DNA of 64,000 nt from the human T2T-CHM13v2.0 reference genome, Homo sapiens: the NCBI RefSeq assembly GCF_009914755.1, contig NC_060937.1. One strand, 5' to 3'. Shown one piece after another: positions 13,695 through 25,780 of the stretch. Within the stretch, counting starts at the first letter, position 1. The number at the start of each line of letters is the position of its first letter. A program made the translations under genes and the position numbers. A model generated the notes under the pieces. The model made no database searches. It was not told the DNA's origin and saw only the letters and a list, made by a program, of their open reading frames with translations.

Positions 13695-14399
13695 TATAAA
13701 TGGATGCGACTTCCATGACTGAACCTTATGATTATTTTCTAAAAAGTAAAAGCACTTATTATTTTGTCCTCTCAAAAAAGGAAAGACAAGATAAATGTTT
13801 AAGGAACTACTTAGGTAATTGTAGGTAACTTTACATGTTACTATTTTATTCCTTATTTCCTCTCCTTGCATATTTGGGCAAGTTAGAGATCTATTGTGTG
13901 CCAGGGGGCAAAGAGGAAGAATACAAATGATTTATCTGTGCTGTGCCAAGTCAGAGTATCTAAAAACCGCATTTGATCATTTTGGGGCCAGCACGTAACT
14001 CCGCAAAGCTTAATTATGTCCGCATTATTTTGATAAGAAGTGGCTTTAGGAAAACAATAGGAAGACATTGTCACTGGTTGGCTCCTGTGTGACCTCTGTC
14101 AAGGATCATACATGTCTAGCCTCAGTTTCACCACCTGTGAAGTTAAGGATTTGGGCACTATCTCAAGGTTTCCATCTCTAACTAAATGTCTATTACACAA
14201 TAGATCTATAACTTGACCAAATATGCAAGGAGAGGAAATAAGGAATAAAATACTAACATGTAAAATTACCTGTGATGTCTAAGAAATTCCTTAAACATTT
14301 ATTTTGTCTTTCTTTTTTTGGAAGGACAAAATAATAAGTGGTTTTACTTTTTAAAAAAATAGTCATAAGGTTAAATCATGGAAGTCACATCCATTTATA
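13695..14399. repeat. Long inverted repeat: arms 13695-13899 and 14195-14399, 295-bp spacer
   Basis: Hand alignment of the left arm to the reverse complement of the right arm gives roughly 89% identity over 205 bp. Confidence 0.93.
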
Positions 14400-15016
14400 T
14401 GAGAGATGAGAATAAAAGATGAAGCTTTAGGACACTGAAGTCATTGACAGTTTTAAGTGAAGGCAGAGTAGCCATGTGATTTTTTTTAAATATGAAATTT
14501 TACCCTTTTGCTGAAAAGAGGCAGAATGTGAGAGGGGGATGTAGGGAATGTGGGAAATACAGTTAGTCATGGAATTATTAGGATCATATTTGTAGGAGTC
14601 TTGCAAGTCATATTTTTATTTATTTATTTTTAAATCTTATTTTGTATATTTAAAATATACAGCATGATGTTACAAGATACATGTAGTAAAATGGTTACTA
14701 TATAGTGGAACAAATAAACACAGCTACCATCTCACATCTTCACTTATTCCCTGCCTACCCCATGGTGTGTGCAGACATAGTCTCCTCATTTAGCAAAAAT
14801 TCTGAATATACTGTGATTTACTGTGGTCTTCATATTGTACATTAGACCTTTTGACTTGTTCATCCTACATATTTGCTACTTTGTATCCTTTGACCTGTAT
14901 CTCCCCACTTCCTCTTCCCAGCCCAATCCTGGTAACTACTGTTTTATTCTCTATCTCTATATATTTGGCATTCATTTATTTATTTTTTAGATGGTACATA
15001 TAAATGAGATCATGCA

Positions 15017-15334
15017 GCCTGGTGTGGTGGCTCATGCTTGTAATCTCAGTGCTTTGGGAGGTTGAGGCGGGAGAATTTCATGAGGTGAGGAGTTTGAGAC
15101 CAAACTGGGTAACATAGCAAGACTCCACTCTATATAAAATAAAAAAAAAAATTTAAAAGCTAGCCAGGTAAGGTGGCACATTCCTATAGTCCCAGCTACT
15201 TGGGAAGCTAAGGCAGGAGGATTGCCAGAGCCCAGGAGTTAGAGGTGGCAGTGAATTGTGATCATGCTACTGCACTCCAGCCTGGGCAAGAGAGTAAGAC
15301 CCTCCCTGTCTCTAAAAAATAAAAAAATAAAAAG
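15017..15334 (+). mobile_element. AluJ inserted in the L1MA
   Basis: Diverged dimeric Alu; TSD tgagatcatgca at 15005-15016 and 15335-15346. Confidence 0.9.
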
Positions 15335-17556
15335 TGAGATCATGCAATAATTTTCTTTCTATATCTGGCTTATTTTGCTTAATATAATGTCCTCTAGGTC
15401 AATCCGTGTTGTGGCAAATGGCAAGATCTCCTTTTTTAAGGCTGAATAATATTTGTGTGTATGTGTGTGTGTGTGTCTGTGTGTGTGTGACAGTTTCTTT
15501 ATCCATTCATCCACTGATGGACACCTAGTGTGTTTCCATATCTTGGCTATTCTAAATAATGCTGTAGTGAACATGGGATTGCAGATACCTTTGTGAGGTG
15601 ATTATTTTATTTATACACAGAAGAGGAATTGCTACAACATATGATAATTCTATTTTAATTTTCTTTAGGAACCTCCATATTGTTTCCTATAATGGCTGCA
15701 CCAATCTACTTTCCCACTAACAGTGGGCAAGGGTTTCCTTTTCTCCGCACCCTTGACAACACTTGGGTCTTGTCTTTTTTATAGTAGACATTCTAACGGA
15801 TATGAGGTGGTATCTCATAGCAGTTTTTGTTTTCATTTTCCTGATGATTAGGGATCTTGTGTATCTTTTTATGTGCCTGATGGCCATTTTTATGTCAAAT
15901 CTATAGAAATGTGTATTCAAGTCCTTTGCATATTTTTCCATGGAGTTTATATTTTCTTGTTACTGAATTGTATTGGCTCTTTATAAATCTTGGATATTAA
16001 GCCCTTATCTGATATATGGTTTGTAAATATTTTTTCTCAACCTGTAGGTTGTCTTTTCATTTTGATTGTTTTCTTTACAGTGTATAAGGTTTTTAGTTTG
16101 ATGCAGTCCCACATATTTATTTTTGCTTTTGTAGCCTAAGATTTTGGTGTGACATTCAAGACATCATTGCCAAAGCCAGTGTCAAGGAGCTTTTTCCCTA
16201 TGTTTTGTCCTAGGAGTTCCATTGTTTCAGATCTTACATTTCAGACTTTTATTAATTCCAAGTTGATTTTTATGCATGGCATAAGATAAGGGTCCAATTT
16301 CCTTCTTTGGTATGTATAAATCCAGTTTTCCCAGTATCATTTATCAAGGAGACTCTACTTTCTCCATTGTGTCTTCTTGGTGCCCTTGTTGAAAAGTAGT
16401 TGATTATATATGTTTAAATTTATTTCTGGTGTCTCTATTCTGTTCCACTGGTCTATGTGTCTGTTTTCATGTCAGTGCCATACTGTTTTCATTACTATAG
16501 CTTTGTAATATAATTTAAAATCAGGAGGAAGTGTGATGCCTCCAACTTTGGGTTTTTTTTCTCTTTCACAGAATCGTTGTGGCTATTTAGGGTCTTTTGT
16601 GGTTCTATATGAATTTTAGGATTGTTTTTTCTATTTCTTTGAAGAGTGTCATTGGGATTTTGATAGAGATTATATTGCTTTAAGCAGTATGGACATTTTA
16701 ACAATATTAATTGTTCCAATCCATGAGCATCGAATATCTTTTCATTTATTTGTGTCCTCTTCAATTTCTTTCATCAATGTTTTATGGGGTTTAATGTACA
16801 GGTCTTTTACCTCCTTGGTTAAACTTATTCCTAAGGTATTTTTATGCTGCCATAAATGGGATTTTTTAAAAAATTTACTTTCCAGATAGGTCATTGTTTG
16901 TGTATTAAAATGTCATAGATTTTCATTTTTATTTTAAATCTTACAACTTGACTGAATTAATTTATTAGATGTAATAGTTGTTTGGTGGAGTCTTTAGGTT
17001 TTTCTACATATAGGATCACATTATCTGCAGATACAAATAATTTTACTTATTCCTTCCTGATTTAGATACCTTTCATTTCTTTTCTCTTGCCTCTTTGCTC
17101 TTCATAGTACTTCTGGGACTATGTTGAATGGAATTGGCTAAAGCGGGCATCCTGGCCTTGTACCTGCTCTTAGAGGAAAGGCTTTCAGTTTCTCCCTCTT
17201 GATTATGATGTTAGCCGTAGATTTTGCATAAATGGGTCTTTATAATGTCAAGGAACTTTTCTTCTATACCTAAACTGTCAAGAATTATTATCAAAAAAGT
17301 ATGTTGAACTTTGTTACATATTTTTTCTGTGTCCATTGATATGATCAAGTGGTTTTTGTCATTCAGTCTGTTAATGCAATGTATAACATTAATTGATTTG
17401 CATATGTTAAGCCAGCCTTGCATGTTTGGGGGTAAATCCTACTTAATCATGATGTATAATCATTTTGATGTGCTGTTGAATTCAATTTCCTAATACTGTA
17501 ATGAGAATTTTTGTATCAGTGCTCATCAGAGATATTGGCCTGTTGTTTTCTTTTCT

Positions 17557-17740
17557 TTTTTTCTTTTCTTCTTTTTTTAAAGAGATGGGGGTCTCGCTGT
17601 TTTGCCCAGGGTAGAGTGCAGTGGCTGTTCACAGGTACAAACACAGTGCATTGCAGCCTTAAACTTCTGGGCTCAAGCAGTCCTCCCACCTCAGCCTCCC
17701 AAGTAGCTGAGGCTACAGGTACATGCCACTGTGCCCAGCT
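17557..17740 (-). mobile_element. FAM (fossil Alu monomer) inserted in the L1MA
   Basis: Monomer retaining the 7SL-derived segment (gtgcagtggctgttcacagg = reverse of cctgtgaatagccactgcac); duplicated tgt..ttttcttttctt flanks. Confidence 0.75.
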
Positions 17741-18413
17741 TTGTAATTTTCTTTTCTTATGGTGTCTTTGTCTGAGTTAGGTATCAAGGTGATGCTGGCC
17801 TCAAAAAATGTGCTAGGAAACATTCCCTCCAGCTCTATTTCTGAAAACATGTGGGAAGTACATTCGTCATGGAATTATTAGGATCATAGTTGTAGAAGCC
17901 TTAAGAGTCATGTCTTTACAAGCCATTGGTAATGAAATTTGCATTTTCCCTCAAAAAATTTTCAGTCAGCTCCCAATTCAATTTGCCTGTGACACTGATT
18001 TCTCTGTCCTCACCTCCTGTTCTGACAGCAACATCTACGTTTGGATGAATGCTTCCAAATTTGGTTAAATTGTTTGCAGAGATTTTTAAAGTACTTAAGA
18101 AATTTACTTTGACTTGACATTTGAATTAGAGATGAGATAAAAATTTAAAGTAACCAACATCATAGAACCTTATGTCCCTATTTCACTAGCCTTCTTTTTC
18201 CCTGTATAATATGGCCAATGAATAAAAACCTCAAATCTTATCATTCTTATTATGCATTTAAAATTTCCCATAAATATCACCCAAGAACCTGAATGCCAAA
18301 AATAAGTATGCAATGCCTTCTCAAATAATACACATGTGACCTTCATATAGGACCCTCTAGTCACCAAAAAAATTTCCATACAACTGCTGATATCCCCATG
18401 ACCATTTCAGGCT

Positions 18414-18436
18414 GAGAGAGAGAGAGAGAGAGAGAG
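18414..18436. repeat. (GA)n microsatellite
   Basis: Seen directly. Confidence 0.9.
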
Positions 18437-20419
18437 GTTTATAAATTATTTTGACTCAAAACCCCCAAAGTAGAAACATGCTCACACACATCGCCAGCCT
18501 GTTACTTAGAAACTAGCACCTCAGGACATAGGGATATTGAAGTACTATTGAATCCACTTTCCTCAGCTACCACCTGTGAATTATGGCTGGCAGCAGGAGT
18601 TTTATGATACTATTGTAAAAGTAATATACCTCTTAAATGGCAATTTACTAAGTTGCTGATGAAATGCATTGCAAATATGTTAGTTTCAGGGTGGTTAGGA
18701 AAATTAACCGCTGCATATTTTCCATATTGTCATATATGCCAACATGCTCAGAGAATCAGGAGCAGCTTTCTGGGAAAGCTGTTTAAATGTAACATATGGC
18801 CAGTTAGTCACTTGGTTAGAACATGAGGTTGATAAGGCCAAAGCTTTAGGGAAATCACCTGAGGCTGTTCTTTTAAAAGTAGTCTCAGCAACTGTATCCC
18901 AAAACCCTATAAAATGTTCCCTTAACCTCACACTTTTCATTGTGCTTCCTATCTAATTTTCTATCCTATCGATTTGATCCCATACCCTGCTCCTCAGCAT
19001 AGGCTGATAACAATAGAGTGTAATCACACATCATTAGACCTCAGATTACATTTTGAAGTGATCCCCAATAAATCTTGAGCCACAAAACAATCATACAAAA
19101 GAGAGACTCAAAGGGATAGGTGAGTGAATATAAATTTGGAAACTGGTGTTTCATTAAGTTTGTAGAGGCTTATCCTGGACAAAGATCTGTGCTTATTTGT
19201 ATGACCCCTAAGATATCTTTTATATTAACAGACACTTGCATAGATTTTCACAGTTTAAAAAGCTGTTTAGATTAATCATTTCATCTAACCATCACAAAAC
19301 CCCTCTGAAAAGAGGAGAATGTTATTATCCAAATTTTATGGAGGAAAAAACAAAAGCTAATGATCCAGCTTGTGAGTAATGGAATTAGAATTTGACTCCT
19401 CATACCAACCCCATCATGGAAACCAGGCTTTGACCACAATACAGGTCCCCTGGAGTGAATGAACAGACTAAAACAAACAGGAGTAGTGAAAGTGACCTGC
19501 AGAACACTTAAAACAGAACAGCGTTTGACAAGCTTGATGGCCCAATGATTTGAATCTCTTCTCTAAACAATGTTAGAGCACAGATAGGAGGTAAGTTGCA
19601 ATTTGCACCTCAAGGATGCTGAGGCTGCATCCCAAGTTAGTAGAAAAGAGTGCAGTGATAAATTCGAGATGTCTGCCATGCGGACAGGAAATGTCTAGTG
19701 GCAACACATATTTGCTCTTCCTATATTAAAGAATCTGTCATTTTATAAAACATACTTGGGTTTTATGATGAGAAGCAACATAGATCAATAAGTCGACAAG
19801 CCTTTGTTAAGCATTAATAAATGCCAAGCACTATATTAAGCACTGTGGATGAACACCATGGAGATTAAGAGAAAGTCTTTGCGTATATAATTTACAATTC
19901 AATCTGGGAAATAAATTGAATGTGCAGCAAACACTTTAATTTTAATCTTTTGATACTGATTGTAAACACAAGGCAGATTCATAAAGGGACAAATCACACC
20001 AGGAGTCCATCTCTGTGAAATGTAACATCTTTTGAAGGGAATATCAAGAGATCAAATACAGTTGTGGAAAAGGCCTTAATAGAAGGTCTGTGTAGTTTGA
20101 GTACTGTGTTTTCTTACATTTATTTCACACCATGTGGAAATATTTTATCAATGGTCAATTACAGCCAAAGAGCGGTTAAATATTTTGAATCACTACTGTA
20201 TTTGCTTATCTGAAATTATGCTCACATGCATGTCTTTAGCAATTATCTTAACTCTATAATTGTGATTTTAGTTATAATTAGAATGGACAAGAAGTAAATA
20301 ATGAAAGCTCCCCAAATATCCTTTTCTCCCAATAGAAGTAGAAAAAGTAAAACTGCAAACAAAACTACCAGTTTCCTGAAGGAGACTTGATTACAACTCC
20401 CCTGTGAGAAAAACAATGG

Positions 20420-20612
20420 AAAGGTTGGGTTTTCTTTCAAAATAATCTGGGAATGGGGAAGTTGGATATGGAGAGGTGGCAGTGGGGTTGTAGATAAAAC
20501 AAGATTGGCCGTGAGTGGGTAATTGATTAAGCTGGGTGAAGGTACATGACAATTCATTATACTGCTGGCTTGACTTTTGTATATATTTGAAATTTGTCAT
20601 AAAATTGTTCTT
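20420..20612 (+). mobile_element. Old L1M 3' end fragment
   Basis: gataaaacaagattggcc...gctgggtgaaggtacatg...ttttgtatatatttgaaattt. Confidence 0.65.
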
Positions 20613-20770
20613 AAATTCCTCTTAAAGGTGCAAGAGTAATTTAAAGTTTCAGACATAGAAGGGATTTTCGACATTGATGCAGAAGGAAAAGGAGAAAATA
20701 TTTAAAACCATGTTAAGTAAATAGGGGAGATGGAATTGCCTGACCAAGAAGTATAGAACTTGTTCAAATT

Positions 20771-21215
20771 AATAGCAAAGACATGGAACCAACCCAAATG
20801 CCCATCAATGATACACTGGATAAAGAAATGTGGTACATATACACCATAGAATACTATGCAGCCATAAAAAGGAATGAGGTCATGTCCTTTGCAGCAACAT
20901 GGATGAAACCAAAAGCCATCATCCTCAGCAAACTAACACAGGAACAGAAAACCAAACACCATGTTCTCATTCATAAGTGGGAGTTGAACAATTAGAGCAC
21001 ATGGATATAAGGAGGGAAACACACACCAGGGCCAGGCAGGGGGTGGGGGGCAAAGGGGGGGAGAGCATTAGGACAAATACTTAATGTATGCAAGGCTTAA
21101 AACCTAGATGACGGGTTGATAGGTGTAGAAAACGACCATGGCACACATATACCTATGTAACAAACCTGCACGTTCTGCACTTGTATCCCAGAACTTAAAG
21201 GAAAAAAAAAAAAAA
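20771..21215 (+). mobile_element. L1PA 3' fragment with poly-A tail
   Basis: aatagcaaagacatggaaccaacccaaatg...acaaacctgcacgttctgcacttgtatcccagaacttaaa(A)n. Confidence 0.92.
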
Positions 21216-24200
21216 CACGGACTGGTTAGTTTGCCAGCAGAATTGAGAAAGACTATACAAAGCCCCCAAATCCCAGAACTTGTGGGTTTGAAAAGTGAAA
21301 TTGTTTTTCACCTTATTATTTTATCAGTCTCAGGACAAAGATTAATTAAGGGTGCCGTTGTCACGTCCTTTGTTACAACTTGTGAAAATAACTGAAGTGG
21401 TGCCTTGCTGTTCTTTTCAGCTGAATAAAGTGTTCCTAGAAAGCTAAAAGGCAAAAAAAAAAACAAAAAAAAAACAAACTGTTGCAAAATTTGGATGAAG
21501 GGAAAAATCAGAGCTAAGGGATGCTATCTTTTTTTTTCACCACCAATTGTCTCATGGATGTACGTTTATCATTGATTTGGTGTAACAGGCTCTTTTGGAT
21601 GCTATAATTTCTCATCTGTCTCCTGCTGCAAAATCCATCGACTATGCCTGTAGCTAGGTCTACATCACAGCTGTGAAACATTAATCTCAAGGACACATTC
21701 TTCATCCCTGGCCTGGCTGATGCATGCTGTCTAGTTAGTTCCCCAGTAGGCTCTGGCTTCTTTCCCGATGTTCTCCTGGCACCGCTAACAACTGTGGAAC
21801 TCCTGTCATTCTAGAGATGAGACTGCTGTAATGCTCCTTGGGTGGCCTTCAATGTCCCATACTTATTTCCTCTCACTTCCCTGATCCTAAGAGGGATTTG
21901 TCACCCAGGTGTCTGGAATCAAGGCTCTTCTGTGACTTTGTTATACAAAACCTTGATTTAGAAGCAGAACTGTTCATCATACTGCTTTTGTGAATGTGTC
22001 CTTTATGAGTTCTTTGCAAAGCCCTCCATACTGGCTGCTAAACAGTTTATTAATTATGATATTGAGTAATAAGATTGTTCGACAACCAGGTCATGCATAA
22101 AAGCCCAACTTCTTGGCTCTGGTGATGTCTGTTTTTGTTAGGCTGGCTCTCATATTTATTTTGTCATGATTACGCAATAAAAGGAGATTTTTATTATGTG
22201 CCCCCATGCTGGTTAAGCCTTCACTAAAGCTAAACTAATAGGAAGCTGTATATGTCGGATAATGGCGATTTCAATGCTGAAATTGATGGCGAAATAAGAC
22301 ACAAGTTGTAGAGTACTGCTTTTTGCTGCTCTCCCCTGTACCCACCACCACCACCAACAACAAAAGTTGTCTCTTAGTGTGTGTTATCTTTAGTATTAAT
22401 CATGAGGATAGCTTATATGTTTATAAATTGAATGATGGAATTTCAAGAAATTTTAAAAATGCAGACTTTCTTTTGTCCCAGAACAACCACAGGGCTGTAA
22501 GTCCAAAAGCCATAAATGATAGGGCAAGTGTAAATGGACTGTGATGAGAGGAAAAATGCAACTAAAATGGATAGAAATGGGACTCAAGGATATGATAGGC
22601 TCTCTAGAAACCCCAAGCCTGCTGTTTCCAGTGAAAGATAATTAGAGTTTTCTGGGGGAGGGGGATGGCTGATAAAGGGACATCCAGAATAAAAAAGAAA
22701 AAAAAAAAGCAGTTTTCTGAAGGAAAAGCTTCAGTAAAGTTTAGACTGGTGTCAGGAATGATAAGAGGCCAAGAAGCTCAAGGGAATTCAGCGATTCTTT
22801 CTGCAAATGCTGGAAAAACTCCCTCCTGTGAATCTCCAGAGGTATGTAGAGAGTATATGTAAGAAATAATGCATTATATCTGCACACAGTGTATGTTCAA
22901 CATATAATCTCTTCCACACTTACAGAAAATTACTTTCCGATGCTCACTAAATGAGAAGGGTTACAAGAGATAAGAGGGTGGTCTGTGTTCCCAAGGCAGC
23001 TGCTGGGAAAAGAAGGGTGTTATTTAAAATGATTGTAAGTGACTATCTTCCTAGATTGTACATTGTGCCCCCTTCTCCAGTTGATTCTCTATAACCTAGA
23101 TAGTCAAAGGCAATACTGACATTGAGAACTGCCCTGTAATAATACTGCGTTTATCTCAACGGTTCTTCTTTTTTTTATTTAATAAGAGAGGAGTTTCATG
23201 AATAAAAACAAAGCTATCATGATGTCAAAATAATATTCTTTGCACCCATGAGTTGAGAAAATAACAGACTAAAGAGGCCTTTTTGCTTTTTAAGATGTGG
23301 GAGTCTTTGTGAGCTTCCCTGTTCCCAAGATGAATCTGTAATCTTGGTACAAACTGCTGAGTGGGTGTGTTTTCGATCATAGAAAACTTTTCTTATGTAT
23401 CTGGAGAGTCATGGTAGTCTTACTACATCTGGTTAGTCATATTCCCCCTCCAATCTTCGTACAAAAGAAACCCAAGACTAGATCAGGGCTTGTGATGATG
23501 GCAAAATGATATCTTACTCTTTAAGTGCTGCATTTGATCAACATGTGTCATTAATCTCTCCTTCCTGTTTGTGACAGTAAATGATGGAACACTTTATCAA
23601 TTCTTCTTTCAATTAGATTGATGTATGTACATTCCTTGAATTTTAAAGGTCATTAATTTGCACATTAGTCTCTTAGGTTGGTAGCACACAGATTGATGTA
23701 TTGATGATTTAGTCTTTCATTGATCCTATATCATCTTTAGCACCATGAGCCATGAGTGCTGTTTCCTTCCCAACCATGACACAATGAGTGAAAATGCATT
23801 AATGTTTACAAAGAAATAAAGAACCTGGCTCTTGACCCTTGTAGAGCATTTTAATGGCCCTGGATTAAAATGATTATAAAATGTATCGAGTCATATTCTT
23901 AAAGTGCCTTTGGCATGTACTGGCCTTTCTTCCTGAGCTGTAGGTAATAGCTATAGCATCCAACAAAAAATTGCCAAAAAGCCTATGACCTTCCATTTGC
24001 AGTGATACTTCCAAGTAATTAAGGACTTTATGAAGTTATTTTCAAAGTACTTCATTGAAGAAATGTTTCCCTAGTCATCTGGATTGAGATTTTGTTTGCC
24101 TCTACCTTTGATATATCATACCCTGTTGAATTATTCAGTGTGGGTCAAAGTAACATTAAGCTTCTTACAAATGCAATATTCCAAACATATCCCAGCATTT

Positions 24201-25627
24201 TACTTTATCACCATCCATAGAATAAACCACACGCACCTTATCTGTGCTACAAACATACTTAATATAATGATAATAATAAAAATAATAAAAGTGTAATAAC
24301 CTTAAGAAACAGTTGATTGATGTCATTGATCACTTTAGAATGATTGGGAGTAACGGAAACATAATGCTGAATTTAAAAACTGCTATACAAAGCCACTGAA
24401 TGTTTTACTAAAGAAAAAAAAACATGTAATTTGAATCTTTCAAAAAAATCTCTTTTTTGGCCCAGAAAGTACAAAATTCTTAGCTCAAATTTTAAAATGA
24501 AATACAGTGTAGTCAAATATGTAATATATTAAATATGGGTTCCAAACTCTGCTCATCAGTGATTTTCAGAGTAACATTTTAACCTTCTGTAGTCTCCTCA
24601 TCTGCAACATAAGCTTACCCTGAATCATCACAAAAGCTCCTTATGCTCTAAGTTTTTACATATAAATATTAGGAAATCATTTAGAACATCTGGAAAGCAT
24701 TTGAAACAAAGAGATGTTATCAAAGGAGTCAACAGTAATTTTCATCAATGTTTAAGAAGCCCAAAAAATTCCTATTCCACTTGAAAATTTAGTGCTATGC
24801 AGAACAGGTAGTAAATGTTACCAGTTCAAGTCAGAAATTATTTTATTAGCAGTTGTTAGAATCCCAGCCATGTCCAAGCTGGAAAATAGGGAAGCAATTG
24901 ATCCTTTTAGTGCAAAACTAAGACTGGCTAGGCGTTTACAACGCAGTGGAGGAAAGGACTTATAATCAAAGAACCTTATAATAATCAAAGCTCATGTCTG
25001 TGATCAAACCAAATCATGCAGATTTCTCTCCTTAAAAAGAATAAAAAGACAACTTTTGGTTCATTAAAAATACCGACCTCTTTTATAGACCCTTCAGCTT
25101 ATAATGCATCTTAAATCCCATTTTGGAAATGACATACAGTATACAATCAAGTTCAAAATTTTACCACTATAGAAACAGGGAGGAAAAGGTCACAGAGAAG
25201 AGAAGCCATGTGTGGAAGGACTTGAGGGATGGTTTGACAACCTGAACTTCTTGAAATACTTGGTTTCAGCATCCCTCTCTCTTTTCCTTCCTCTCTCTAA
25301 ATTGTCCCTCCTCTTTTTCTATCTAAGGGACATGATCCTTAGCCTCCTGCTCTTTTCCTTATAGAGTCACCTGCTCTGGGGCCTCATCAATCCTCATAAC
25401 TTCAGCTCCAGCCAGGACAGCAGTGGAGCAGAAAGGTCAGGAGTATCAGGACAGAAGCCTCATCAGCCAGGAGGGCTCTACAGCCTCGGAAGAACTTATC
25501 AGGAAAAGGATTGAGACCTGGGCATCAGTTTGTATTGAAAATAAGAAATAAATGCCCTGGATCATAGAGGGAATCAACTTGTGAGGCCATTTGGTCAAAG
25601 AAGGGGAGGAAGGTGTGTTTGACCCTA

Positions 25628-25780
25628 GAGCCTTGCTACTCAAAGTGTGATCCCTGGACTGGCAGCACCCACATTGCTTGAGAATCTACAGGAAATGCAG
25701 AATCACAGGTCCCATCGCAGATCACCTGAATCAAAACTTGCAACTGACTGATATATGCATATAAAAGGTTAAGAAGCGCT
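25628..25780. mobile_element. MER5A (hAT-Charlie) remnant within L2-like sequence
   Basis: ctactcaaagtgtgatccctggactggcagc...gaaatgcagaatc...aagaagcgctg. Confidence 0.7.

Larger units (their letters stand above)
14619..17848 (-). mobile_element. Old L1MA element (3'UTR plus degenerate ORF2), interrupted by AluJ and FAM
   Basis: L1MA-type 3'UTR at the left; broken ORF2 peptides on the minus strand (MQGWLNICKSINVIH, MRYHLISVRM, IAKIWKH); flanked by a ~70-bp direct repeat. Confidence 0.9.
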
